From IMG/VR virus record IMGVR_UViG_3300027743_000025, positions 1 through 64,000 of that record: a DNA stretch of 64,000 nucleotides. The stretch is one strand, 5' to 3'. Shown piece by piece: positions 25,584 to 34,799 of this stretch. The notes below the pieces were generated by a model. That model did no database searches, was not told the origin of the DNA, and saw nothing but the letters and a program-made list of their open reading frames with translations. A program made the translations under genes and the position numbers. Positions within the stretch are counted from its first letter, which is position 1, and every line of letters begins with the position of its first letter. This stretch comes from a virus.

Positions 25584-25853
25584 ATGACGATGACTATTTT
25601 GGATCAGTCTGACGTTGTGCACACGCTGCTCTTGCAGCGGGATCAGTTGACTAAATCGGTTGCTGCTATGGATTCCATAGCCCGAGCAGAGCAGGCCCGC
25701 TATGCGCGCCTCCTGGCGCTGGCTCAGGCCCTGGTTGACACGTGGGGGGTAGGCCCGCTCTCCGCAGTGGAGCAGGAGTTCGCTGACGCACTGGAAGCGC
25801 TCGAAGACCCGGTAAGCATGGCCGAGCTGCTCAGATTTCCAACGTCAACTTAG
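25584..25853 (+). CDS. hypothetical helical protein
   Basis: AAAGGG RBS. Confidence 0.65.
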   Translation: MTMTILDQSDVVHTLLLQRDQLTKSVAAMDSIARAEQARYARLLALAQALVDTWGVGPLSAVEQEFADALEALEDPVSMAELLRFPTST

Positions 25854-26139
25854 GACGGTAGTTCCGTCTAGCGAGGTATCCTCGCACCTGCCGCCGCGTG
25901 TCCTCAGAGACCGCGCCGACGAACACCACCTCATCATCAGGCTGGTAGTTCGTGCGCGCGTGATGTTCCTGGCCGTCCACGTGTAGGAAGAACTCAGCGT
26001 GAGTGAGCCTCCGAGCCCGGATGTACTGCGTACCGCGCTTCAGGTTGACAGCGTAGATGTAGACCACCGCGCTCCGTCCCTCACGTTCTTTCCACCGCGT
26101 GCCGATCCGGTGACCTTCGTAGTCAAGCTCAAGTTCCAC
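25831..26139 (-). CDS. hypothetical protein
   Basis: GAGG RBS. Confidence 0.65.
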   Translation of the reverse strand: MELELDYEGHRIGTRWKEREGRSAVVYIYAVNLKRGTQYIRARRLTHAEFFLHVDGQEHHARTNYQPDDEVVFVGAVSEDTRRQVRGYLARRNYRPKLTLEI

Positions 26140-26168
26140 AGCTAAAGATCCTCGCGTAAAACAGGATG

Positions 26169-26522
26169 CTAGATAGGAGCCACTTCAACAGACTCATCAT
26201 CATCATCTTCTTCAATGTAATCGAAGGAGTTGTTGATCTCGTCGACAGCTGCCTTGGTCTTCTCGATCCAAGGCCCCAGGGTGTTGGCACCCAAGGACCC
26301 CAGTTTACCCAGCGTGCCGGCAGCCACCTTGACAGCCGAGTCCAGGACATGAGCTGTCATCCCGACCAGCGCTCCTATGGTTGACACGGCCACCTCCAGC
26401 CGCGCCACGCGGGAGGACAGGCTTAGCAGCTCAGCGTCTACCGGATCCATAGGCTCCGGCTCCTCAGAGTCCAGGATCTCTTGAATGACCTCCCCGGCGT
26501 ACTTCTTGTCTTCTGGCATCAC
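26169..26522 (-). CDS. hypothetical acidic protein
   Basis: GTGA overlap. Confidence 0.7.
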   Translation of the reverse strand: MMPEDKKYAGEVIQEILDSEEPEPMDPVDAELLSLSSRVARLEVAVSTIGALVGMTAHVLDSAVKVAAGTLGKLGSLGANTLGPWIEKTKAAVDEINNSFDYIEEDDDDESVEVAPI

Positions 26523-26827
26523 TCGGCCGCCACGTAGCGCAGGTAGAGTTCCACCCGGTCAGTGGCGCCTTCGCGCTCCTCGGAGCTAGCGACGTACGCC
26601 TCCCACGAACCGCTGTCAACCACGAATGCGGCCAGCTGGCCGCGCCGGATGCGCCACGCCGTCTGGGAGATAACGCGCAGCCGATCCTTAGGGCCAGACC
26701 CCACTAGATACCACTTACCCGGAGTGCCCTTGCACTTGGTTGCCACGGCCGCGTACGGCTCAAAGAGCACGGTTGCACGCTGGGAAGCGCGCGGGGGTGG
26801 GCTCGCCACTTTGCTGATCTTATCCAT
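26519..26827 (-). CDS. hypothetical protein, possible DNA-binding
   Basis: PGKWYLV...AWRIRRG...FxxxxGSWEA...LYLRYV pattern seen in actinophage proteins; leaderless. Confidence 0.7.
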   Translation of the reverse strand: MDKISKVASPPPRASQRATVLFEPYAAVATKCKGTPGKWYLVGSGPKDRLRVISQTAWRIRRGQLAAFVVDSGSWEAYVASSEEREGATDRVELYLRYVAAE

Positions 26828-26833
26828 GGCTCT

Positions 26834-26875
26834 AGGTTACCTGCTCTTGCCAACGATTGTCAACCAAGGTAGGGT
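26834..26875. promoter_or_regulatory. overlapping divergent leaderless promoters
   Basis: minus: TTGACA-N18-TAACCT-N6-ATG; plus: TTGCCA-N17-TAGGGT-N7-ATG. Confidence 0.75.
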
Positions 26876-26882
26876 AGCCCAC

Positions 26883-27197
26883 ATGCCAAGGAAGCGTCGC
26901 ATGGACGCACACATCTACTTTGGCAGCTTCATGTCATTCCGCGACATTGAGACCGTCCGCGCCCCCGTGCTGGAGGGAACCCCGGTTATCGCCGCTCACC
27001 TGTACCGCCGGGAAGACCAGACTTCGCTGTGTGGGGTGGCGCTGCCCGGCATGCAGCAGTCTTCGTTCACCACGGTCCAGTGTCAACTGTGCTGGTTGCA
27101 TGCCAGGCGCCTACAGGAAGGCCCCCGCAAGCCGTTGCTGGCTCCACGGTGGAAGCCATACGCCTACGGGGACCGCTGGTCTTACCGGTTCGTCTAG
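26883..27197 (+). CDS. H...CG...CxxC zinc-finger protein
   Basis: AAHLY...SLCG...QCQLC. Confidence 0.7.
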   Translation: MPRKRRMDAHIYFGSFMSFRDIETVRAPVLEGTPVIAAHLYRREDQTSLCGVALPGMQQSSFTTVQCQLCWLHARRLQEGPRKPLLAPRWKPYAYGDRWSYRFV

Positions 27198-27865
27198 TAG
27201 AAGGCGTCGTTCGCCAGCATCTGGATAGCGATGACGTGCACCGACCCGGCAGCACCCTTGTCCATGTTCGCAGCCGCTTCCACATCCAGCCAGGCGGTTG
27301 ACTGCGCCTTGATGGACAGGAGCAGGTCAGGGTTGTTGGACGCTAGGGCGATAGCCGGGACCTGCGTAAAGCGGCCGGCCGGGAAGTTGATCCGCTTCGT
27401 CTGCAAGTGTCCAGCGCCGGCCGTGACCGAGAACCCACTGAGGTTGCCAGTGAACATCGCAAAGGGCAGGTACTCAACCCGCGTGCCAGCCACCCTGGCA
27501 ATGTCCCCGCCAGGCAGCATATGAAGCTGATTCTTCACTGTGCTGCCATCGAAGTTCTGGAGAATGGTGGCCCCGTCACTGGTCCGAGTGTAGAGCCTGG
27601 TGGTAACGGCATGGCCCGGAGTTGAGAGGTTACGGATGTCCAGGAGAGCTTCCTTCCTCACGGTGTGGCTGCCGAGCGTGAGGCCATCCGACACCGCGAG
27701 AGACTTCGTAGACATCGCCGTGGACAGCGCAGCTGCCTGATTTTGCAGCCCCTTGAGAGCTAGGTCAACCGCCCGAGCCAGATTCTCGAAGGCGTCCGGC
27801 CCGTCCGCGTCGTCTGTATAGTCCGGCCATGGGAGATTGTTCGGAGCGCCGGTAGTCTGTGCCAT
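27194..27865 (-). CDS. minor tail/tail-fibre-like protein
   Basis: N-terminal TTxxxNLPWP...LAxAVD and C-terminal INFPAGRFTQVP...VHVIAIQ resemble actinophage minor tail proteins. Confidence 0.6.
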   Translation of the reverse strand: MAQTTGAPNNLPWPDYTDDADGPDAFENLARAVDLALKGLQNQAAALSTAMSTKSLAVSDGLTLGSHTVRKEALLDIRNLSTPGHAVTTRLYTRTSDGATILQNFDGSTVKNQLHMLPGGDIARVAGTRVEYLPFAMFTGNLSGFSVTAGAGHLQTKRINFPAGRFTQVPAIALASNNPDLLLSIKAQSTAWLDVEAAANMDKGAAGSVHVIAIQMLANDAFY

Positions 27866-27869
27866 CTCG

Positions 27870-29762
27870 TCACCTCTCTTTGCCCAACAGCAAGTCTATA
27901 AGGCCCTGCCGATCCTTGTCCCGGATCACTTGCTCGATGGCAGTTTCGTTCTGGCCGAGCCGCTCCAGCTGGGAGAACTCCACGGTGCCCTCCGTGAAGT
28001 AGTCGATCACCGTCAGAGAGCTATGCTTCTCCGCCCCAGGCCGGTGGAAGCGAGCGAGCGCCTGCGTCATCATCGGGCTGGACCAGGACCGCTGAACCAT
28101 CAGGATGGTGTCGGCCGCCGTCAGGGTGATGCCCTCGGCCGCTGCTCCGAACGTGCAGAAGATCAGCTTCCTCTTGCCGTCTTGGAACAGCTCCATGGCC
28201 CGCTTGACCTCATGGTCCGGGAGCCCGCCCGCGATCACCGCGATCTCGTTCCAGTGCGCTCCCATGCGCTGCCGGAGCACATCCTCTGTCAACCGGAGCA
28301 GCTTCTTGCTCTCGAAGAAGACGATGCACTGAGAGTCCCCGAAGTCTCCCGAGGTGATGTCGTCCACGACCGCGTCAACCTTGCAGCTCGGCATGGCCAA
28401 GTTGATCGTGACGCGCGGCGTCTCCTGCCCCGGCACCACCGAGGTGATCACCGAGCCGTGCGCCTGAGCCAGCATCATCAGCCGGCCGGTCTTGATCATG
28501 ATGGACTGCGCTGTCAACCGGTCCGTGGTCCCGTCCGGCTGCTTCAGCCAGGCAACCATCTGGTCCCTCATCTGCGTGTAAGCCTCGGCCTGCTGCTTGC
28601 CCATGGCCACCGTCCGGACCAGCGACCCGCCGCGCTGGATCTCCGGCAGGCTGAGGACATCAGCTTTGAGAACCCGCCGGGAGATCGCTTGGAACGTCGA
28701 CTGAAACTCCCGCTCCCGCTCGTGCTTGAGCCCCAGCACCCGTTCGAACCCAGCGTTGTCGAATCCCTTCCGGCAATACCAGTCCACCCAGCTGCTCTTG
28801 ACCGGCCACGCTACCGGGTCCAGCCAGTGCAAGGGAGACCAGCAGTCGTCGGGGGTACGAGAGACCAGGGTGCCGCTCAAACCCCACCTACGGGCTTCTG
28901 GACGGGCTGCCGAAAGTCCCCATAACGCCTGAGCGTTGACAGTCTTCGCATTCCGGATCCTGTGTACCTCGTCCGCGACGATCACCGACCACGGGATGAC
29001 GTTCAGTTCCTTCTCGTGAGCCTGGCACTGCGCCGGCTTGATCGAGCCTTCCTCGGACAGCTTTGGCCCGCCGCACCTCGCGCACTTCTTGAGCGCGTGG
29101 CCGGGGAACGCCCGGAGCCGGGTGTGCGTGCGCATGGCCTCCCACCCGATCACGACTATGTCGCCCGGCCCGACATCGAACAGCTGCTTCCGCCGGGCTG
29201 CCAGCGTCCCGCCGACCACTACCGCCCGAGTCCCCGGCCCCAGGTACTCCGCGATCTCTGACTGCCACCCCCAGCGGACCTTATTCGGGCAGACGACCAG
29301 GACCGGCCCTGACTCCAGCAGCCCATCAGCCGTGAGCGCCGCCAGGACCGCGCGGGTCTTGCCGACCCCGACCTCACTCAGCAGCAGTCGACCAGGGATC
29401 TCTGGCTGCTCTGTCAACCACAGTGCATCCTGCATCTGGTGGGGGTAGAGCGCCCCAGCCGCCTGCAACGTATCGGCCTCCCGCTGAGCGGACTGCTCCA
29501 GCAGCTCAGACCACCGCGCCTTGTCCTCGGCCACCCACATGCCTACGGCCTCGTCCGGCTTCAGTGGAATCCGAAGGTATCTCGCGATATCACCCAGCGA
29601 GAGCACCGCCGGCCGCCGAGCCGGGATCGTCCAGCACGCCCCGTCACGCCAGTAGAGAGCCCCAGGGATCTCCTTGATCCGGCCCAGCGTGGCCGGGGGA
29701 GCCTTGACCGCCAGCCGGCCGGTGTAGCGGTTGCCCTCAGGGACGAACGAAACGTTGATCAC
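27870..29762 (-). CDS. SNF2-family DNA helicase
   Basis: EVGVGKT, DEVH, LSGT, AAEGITLT, QALARFHRPG; N-terminal HARP-like. Confidence 0.92.
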   Translation of the reverse strand: MINVSFVPEGNRYTGRLAVKAPPATLGRIKEIPGALYWRDGACWTIPARRPAVLSLGDIARYLRIPLKPDEAVGMWVAEDKARWSELLEQSAQREADTLQAAGALYPHQMQDALWLTEQPEIPGRLLLSEVGVGKTRAVLAALTADGLLESGPVLVVCPNKVRWGWQSEIAEYLGPGTRAVVVGGTLAARRKQLFDVGPGDIVVIGWEAMRTHTRLRAFPGHALKKCARCGGPKLSEEGSIKPAQCQAHEKELNVIPWSVIVADEVHRIRNAKTVNAQALWGLSAARPEARRWGLSGTLVSRTPDDCWSPLHWLDPVAWPVKSSWVDWYCRKGFDNAGFERVLGLKHEREREFQSTFQAISRRVLKADVLSLPEIQRGGSLVRTVAMGKQQAEAYTQMRDQMVAWLKQPDGTTDRLTAQSIMIKTGRLMMLAQAHGSVITSVVPGQETPRVTINLAMPSCKVDAVVDDITSGDFGDSQCIVFFESKKLLRLTEDVLRQRMGAHWNEIAVIAGGLPDHEVKRAMELFQDGKRKLIFCTFGAAAEGITLTAADTILMVQRSWSSPMMTQALARFHRPGAEKHSSLTVIDYFTEGTVEFSQLERLGQNETAIEQVIRDKDRQGLIDLLLGKER

Positions 29763-30058
29763 TGGTCCCGGAACTCCTCGTCAATCTCTTTCTCCGGATT
29801 TTCCCACTTCTCCGGCAGGTGCTCGAACACCTTCCCGTCACCGGCTGGCCGCTCCTCCCGGAGCTGAGCTTTGATCCGGATGTGCGCTGTCGAGTCAGTG
29901 AACGTGAGAGCCTGTAGCCGACCGCGCCAACCGGAGATCTCAGCCCTCTTGATGTACTTGGCCCCGTAAAGATCGGCCATGTCCAGCGCGGCCTTCAGCT
30001 CGTCCGTTGTCATGCCCACGTCGCGATTGCCGGCACTAGCCGTGAACTCAACGCCCAT
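29759..30058 (-). CDS. hypothetical protein
   Basis: operon context. Confidence 0.7.
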   Translation of the reverse strand: MGVEFTASAGNRDVGMTTDELKAALDMADLYGAKYIKRAEISGWRGRLQALTFTDSTAHIRIKAQLREERPAGDGKVFEHLPEKWENPEKEIDEEFRDQ

Positions 30059-30059
30059 C

Positions 30060-30497
30060 TTAGACCACCCTTATAGTGCTTTCGGATACGTGGTTGCTTG
30101 CCCACAGTAGACAGTGCCTGAGAGCGTCCCGCGCGTGCCCGTCCTTGGTCTTAGGAACGGGGTAGTGCTTCACGCGCTCCTCCGTTCCGAACTCCTTGGC
30201 ATCCGCCGGGTCTTGCAGATAGATCTTGTTCCCGTTCAGGTGACACTCGCCCTTCATCCATCCGATCATCTCTAGGCTGGCTGGCTGCCACGTCTTGTAA
30301 CCCGGTCGCGGCTTGAAGGACTCAGTCACCACGCACAGGCTGGGAAGGGATGTGTGGAGGACCCTGTGGAAGTAGTCGATGAATTGAGTCTGCGTGTACT
30401 CGTGCCACTCCAGCACCGAGATATCTTCAGGCCCGTACGCCACCGCCCGGACGACCCCAGTCATGACCCCAGGATCCACTGCCACGATCGTGACCAT
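30060..30497 (-). CDS. RuvC-like Holliday junction resolvase
   Basis: IVAVDPG.MTG, VTESF, HARDALRH. Confidence 0.8.
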   Translation of the reverse strand: MVTIVAVDPGVMTGVVRAVAYGPEDISVLEWHEYTQTQFIDYFHRVLHTSLPSLCVVTESFKPRPGYKTWQPASLEMIGWMKGECHLNGNKIYLQDPADAKEFGTEERVKHYPVPKTKDGHARDALRHCLLWASNHVSESTIRVV

Positions 30498-30514
30498 CCT
30501 GACCACCTTCTCTT

Positions 30515-32302
30515 TTACTTGCAGTCTGCCCACGTTCGGCCGATCACTGGAGTTGCCGTGATGGAGACCCCGTACTCCTCCTTGTCAACAACAGCGTTCA
30601 TCACCTCGCGGATCGTGTCAACCGCCTCCACGACAGCCCACGCTGGCATCTCGAACAGCACTTCGTCGTGGACCGGCAAGATCATCCATTGCTCCAGACC
30701 AGCTTGTTGCAATCCAATCAACGCCATCTTCAGGATCTCCGCCGCATGGCCCTGCGTGGCCCAGTTGGGGAGCTTGCGGATCTCCTGCCGCCGCTTGAGC
30801 TTGAAGCGCCGGCCCGTAGGGGTGGTCACGTAGAAGCCCTCAGGGTTGAGCTTGTTGATCATTCCGGAGCCTGCCGACGCCACCGAGCGGTAGCGCGCCT
30901 GTAACGCCTTGAGGACCTTCACCGCCTGGTAGACATCCACCCGAGCAGTGGCCGCGATCGTCTCGACACCGCCGCTGTAGAGAGTCGCGTACATGGTTGA
31001 CTTCAGGATCTGCCGCCGCTTGTCTGACTTCTGGAAGTTCGGCTCCTTGTAGAGGTCCCGCCCGAGCATCACAAAGAAGTCTTCGCCCTGCTCGTCCGCC
31101 AGCCGGAGCGTCTCCTTGAGCGCGTCGTCAAAGTTCAGGAAGGCCCACGTGCGCAGCTCGATCTGGCCGTAGTCCGCCGAGACGATCACGTGCCCATCTC
31201 GGGCCTCCACCGCCTTACGGACCGTCAGGTCCCCAGCAGGGAGCTGCTGCAACGGGGGGTCAGCTACCGACATACGGGTGGTCCGCGCCTGGCACGGGTT
31301 GATCTGCGGGTGGATGCGGGCCGTCTCATCCAGTTGGTACCCAGAGGCTTCCGACATAGCAGCCAGATAATTGACCCGCGTCCGGTGCACATCTCTGTAC
31401 TCCAATACAAGATCAGCAATCGGGTGGTCGATCGCTCCTAGTGCGTCCTTGTCAACCGACAGCTGGCCGCCTGCCGTCTTCCGCGCGCCGGGCGGCATGA
31501 CTCCCGCCAGCTGGAGCGCTTTAGCTACGCTCGCGGGTGCAGACGGGGTGATGCTGTATTCCGACTGGAGCCGGGCAGCAATCATCTTCTCCCGCTCCAC
31601 CAAGAGATCAGCCTGGTTGGCCAGGTACAGCCCGTTGACGGGTAGGCCGTTGCGCGCCATGGCCGTGCAGATGCTCGCTGTAGCAACCTCCGTCGAGTGG
31701 CATCCCTGCCACTTCACATTGCGCCGCCGAGCTTCGTACGTGTCCCACAGCGCCGCCGTGAGGCACGTGTCTAGCACCCCGTAGCCCACGTAGGGCCGCC
31801 AGTCCAGCGGGACAGTGGCCCAGGTCCAGCCGTTCTGCGCCATGCCCGCCTTGAGCCGCTCCTCGCCCGAGCCCGCCCACGGCCCGAACTCCCGCACCGC
31901 CAGCGGCTTCAACCGGCGGGTGTCATCAGACCAGTTGTCCAGGCCGGCCCAGATCATGCCGTCCTCCAGATGCTCGATCGGCATCCGGTATCCCATCTCC
32001 CAGATGGCCCAGTAGTCGTACGGGAGATTCCACCAGACCTGTTTGACGCCGGCCCGGTCACACCACTTCAACGCCTCCAGCGCGAGCCCCCGCCAGTCAT
32101 CCCAAGGCACTGACCAGCCGCCGTCCGTGTCTCCAAACTGGAGAGTCCGAACACGGAAATCCGGGCGCCACTGCTGGAGCCCGGTGCCCTCCGTGTCAAC
32201 CCCGACCCGAGTACGGCCGGGACGTGTCAACCAAGCCCAGAACTCAGTCACGTCCGACACGTCGGAGACCATCTGGAAAGTCAGGTTGAACGGGTCGATC
32301 AC
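30515..32302 (-). CDS. polA: DNA polymerase I (family A, with 3'-5' exonuclease)
   Basis: VDTE exonuclease motif; ADYGQIELR (A), KSTMYATLY (B), PVHDEV (C). Confidence 0.95.
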   Translation of the reverse strand: MIDPFNLTFQMVSDVSDVTEFWAWLTRPGRTRVGVDTEGTGLQQWRPDFRVRTLQFGDTDGGWSVPWDDWRGLALEALKWCDRAGVKQVWWNLPYDYWAIWEMGYRMPIEHLEDGMIWAGLDNWSDDTRRLKPLAVREFGPWAGSGEERLKAGMAQNGWTWATVPLDWRPYVGYGVLDTCLTAALWDTYEARRRNVKWQGCHSTEVATASICTAMARNGLPVNGLYLANQADLLVEREKMIAARLQSEYSITPSAPASVAKALQLAGVMPPGARKTAGGQLSVDKDALGAIDHPIADLVLEYRDVHRTRVNYLAAMSEASGYQLDETARIHPQINPCQARTTRMSVADPPLQQLPAGDLTVRKAVEARDGHVIVSADYGQIELRTWAFLNFDDALKETLRLADEQGEDFFVMLGRDLYKEPNFQKSDKRRQILKSTMYATLYSGGVETIAATARVDVYQAVKVLKALQARYRSVASAGSGMINKLNPEGFYVTTPTGRRFKLKRRQEIRKLPNWATQGHAAEILKMALIGLQQAGLEQWMILPVHDEVLFEMPAWAVVEAVDTIREVMNAVVDKEEYGVSITATPVIGRTWADCK

Positions 32303-32478
32303 TGGAAGCGCCGCTTCCGGATCTCGATCGTGGCATCCTCCAGCTGCTGCCAGGCCGCGTCCACGGTGTGCGGCAGATCCTTGCCCTGAAGGAGCGAGAA
32401 CAGCTGAGTGGCTTCCGTACGGGTAAGCCCAGCCACTTGAGCGTAGGTAGCAAACAGCATCGAAACTATGGCATCCAC
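32299..32478 (-). CDS. 59 aa hypothetical protein (not in ORF track)
   Basis: AGGAG RBS, GTG start, GTGA overlap with polymerase. Confidence 0.65.
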   Translation of the reverse strand: MDAIVSMLFATYAQVAGLTRTEATQLFSLLQGKDLPHTVDAAWQQLEDATIEIRKRRFQ

Positions 32479-32540
32479 GTGGTGTGCTCCTAAAGATCGG
32501 GCCGGTAGCTCACGCTACCGGCCCGTACTGGTTGTTGGTG

Positions 32541-33116
32541 TCAGGACCAGTCATCATCTTTGGTCGGGGGGTTGACAGCGCCGGTCATGGTGAGACCCTC
32601 GCCGCCAAGTTCAATGTCGTCGTCTTCCAAGCTGATCTCCTGCTCTCCATCACCGAGGGTGCTGGCCCCGGAGTAGTCGCCGGATGAGATAGCTGAGTCA
32701 ACCCCGAGATTCTTGCGGAACCGAACCCGGTTCCGAGGCTGCCCCAGGTACTCGTCCTCATCCAGCCCGACCAGGATCTTCTGGCCGAGCATGTGCGCCG
32801 CGATCTGGTCGGCCGTAGGCCGCTCAGACTTGATCCACTCCTGCGAGGCGCCCATAGCCTTGAGCCCCTGAGCGAAGATCCGCGCAGCCACCGAGTTTTC
32901 CGGCGACCACGTGAGCTGCTCAGAAACCTGCCGGCCCTGCTGTGGACCGTTCATGGCCTCCAGTACGACTTTGAAGCACTGCTTGCCACCCTGCGTAATG
33001 GCCGCCGTGGATTTAACCACGACCATCTCATACTCCCCTTTGGGGAGCGGCTTGCCTTCCAGCTCCTCCCCGAACGCCTCGAACTCGTCCGCGAAACTGA
33101 ACTCACCGTCAGACAT
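32541..33116 (-). CDS. DUF669-like single-stranded DNA-binding protein
   Basis: PLPKGEY...GRQV...EYLGQPRNRV; acidic C-terminal tail. Confidence 0.8.
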   Translation of the reverse strand: MSDGEFSFADEFEAFGEELEGKPLPKGEYEMVVVKSTAAITQGGKQCFKVVLEAMNGPQQGRQVSEQLTWSPENSVAARIFAQGLKAMGASQEWIKSERPTADQIAAHMLGQKILVGLDEDEYLGQPRNRVRFRKNLGVDSAISSGDYSGASTLGDGEQEISLEDDDIELGGEGLTMTGAVNPPTKDDDWS

Positions 33117-33951
33117 CTTCCTCCTTCCCTTCTCCCGTGCTGGCCGACGCATCTCCGATGGTTGACACGACGGCCGGCTCCGCCATCAGCGGACCGCCAT
33201 CCTTGAACACCAGCTTGATCAGTTTGGAGAACGTGGTATTCCTCGCCGCGATCTCCGCCGTAGTCGAGCCGGTCACTTGCGGCAGGGTAACGATGGCCGG
33301 TATCCGACCGCCCACCCGCTCGCCCGCCTCTATCCGGCCAGGAAGGCGCCGCGTGCGAAGCTTACGCACTTCCTGCCCAGTCTTGTTGTCCGCCTCCACA
33401 AACAGATACGCCGTGACATCCATCAGGTACGGCACCACGGTGTTGAGCTGTCCCTGCAAGTGTGGCCGGAGCATACCGTCTCCGGTTTCCTTCGTCATGG
33501 CCGTGACGACCACAGCCTCCAGCGGGTGGTTGGCATGGAACGTCAGGTCCCGAAGGTCCCGCATGAACCCGCCGACAATTCGCAGTACAGAACCCCAGTC
33601 CTGAAGCTTGACCTGGTTACGCCCGGCCACGTCCTCGATATAGCGGTACTGAAGTTCAGAGATACTGTCAACCGACGCCGACCGGAACGGGTGCTTCCCG
33701 CCGTGCAGCCAGTCAAACGCCCGCTGCGCATCCTGCCACTCCCGCACCGAGACCACGGCCGTATCCCAGTCAGCTGTCTTAGACCAGGATGGAGGGGGAT
33801 CCCGTGGATCCCAGTGGACCCCCCTGATAGGCAGGAACCGCGCCGCGCTCTCTACATCGAAGTAGACACGGGGTGCCGGAGTGCTGGCAGCCAGTAGGCT
33901 CTTGCCCACTTTGGACATACCATGCACCAGCATGGAGAGCGCCGGCTCCAT
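33109..33951 (-). CDS. AAA_24 / Sak4-like ATPase recombinase
   Basis: HGMSKVGKS, FDVE, VDSISELQ. Confidence 0.85.
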   Translation of the reverse strand: MEPALSMLVHGMSKVGKSLLAASTPAPRVYFDVESAARFLPIRGVHWDPRDPPPSWSKTADWDTAVVSVREWQDAQRAFDWLHGGKHPFRSASVDSISELQYRYIEDVAGRNQVKLQDWGSVLRIVGGFMRDLRDLTFHANHPLEAVVVTAMTKETGDGMLRPHLQGQLNTVVPYLMDVTAYLFVEADNKTGQEVRKLRTRRLPGRIEAGERVGGRIPAIVTLPQVTGSTTAEIAARNTTFSKLIKLVFKDGGPLMAEPAVVSTIGDASASTGEGKEEDV

Positions 33952-34568
33952 CAGGCCCTCGCAGGAGCCTGCTGCTGCATGTAGCCGTTAGGGGTATTAC
34001 CCCCGTTAGGGCCGAACCACTGCTGAGGGGTAAAGACATCATCATTAGGGTAGGGAGGCTGCGACGGCTGCTGCGCCTGCTCAGCCTGGTTGACCTCAGC
34101 CTGCGTCTGCCACTGGCCGTTAGGCCAGCGGGTGAGCATCTCGGCCCGGGACTCCGAGCTGACCCGGTTGGTGTAGTTGACCAGCTCCTCAGCCGACGCA
34201 CGATCCTGCGTGCGCATGTCAACCACGTTGCCGCCGTTGAAGATCCGAACGCCGTACTCCGGCTCCGGCGCCGGCTCCGGCGGGGGCTCCGAGTAGCCGA
34301 TGCCCTCCGGGACAGCCAGCCGCTGCCGGAAGCTGTGAAGGTTGACATCGGTCCGCGCCCACCGACCACGGTGGACAAAGATCCAGACATCCCCACAGCG
34401 CAGGCAGGCCCACATGATGCCGGGGTGCCAGTTGTCCGCCGAGGGGCGGATGCACTCGTGCTGACCTTCTGCTGTCATGTTGCTACGGACCTCTCTTATA
34501 GCATCGACGACCTCAGGCTCGGGGACCGTCGACCGCTGGCTGGTGGGCCACATTCTCCAACCGGTCAT
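33951..34568 (-). CDS. hypothetical protein with Zn-ribbon and Q/P-rich tail
   Basis: HEC...WACLRCG; start uncertain. Confidence 0.6.
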   Translation of the reverse strand: MTGWRMWPTSQRSTVPEPEVVDAIREVRSNMTAEGQHECIRPSADNWHPGIMWACLRCGDVWIFVHRGRWARTDVNLHSFRQRLAVPEGIGYSEPPPEPAPEPEYGVRIFNGGNVVDMRTQDRASAEELVNYTNRVSSESRAEMLTRWPNGQWQTQAEVNQAEQAQQPSQPPYPNDDVFTPQQWFGPNGGNTPNGYMQQQAPARA

Positions 34569-34603
34569 AACTACGATTACCTCTCTACTATCTACAAACA
34601 CGG

Positions 34604-34798
34604 TCACCCTAACCACTTGTGTAGGGCCACGATCTCAGCACATGGCCAGCGCTGGCTGCAAGAGTTACACAAGCGGCCCCCATACATCCCTGCTGTGTGC
34701 TCTGACAAGATGACCTCCACCAAGGCATGAAGGTGATCATCAGTGATCAGTAGCGCCTTGTCCCTCAGACTTTCCATGTTCACCAGGAGTTTGCCCAC
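34604..34798 (-). CDS. small H...CxxC..WPC protein
   Basis: EH...CNSCSQRWPC motif common in actinophages. Confidence 0.65.
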   Translation of the reverse strand: MGKLLVNMESLRDKALLITDDHLHALVEVILSEHTAGMYGGRLCNSCSQRWPCAEIVALHKWLG

Positions 34799-34799
34799 G

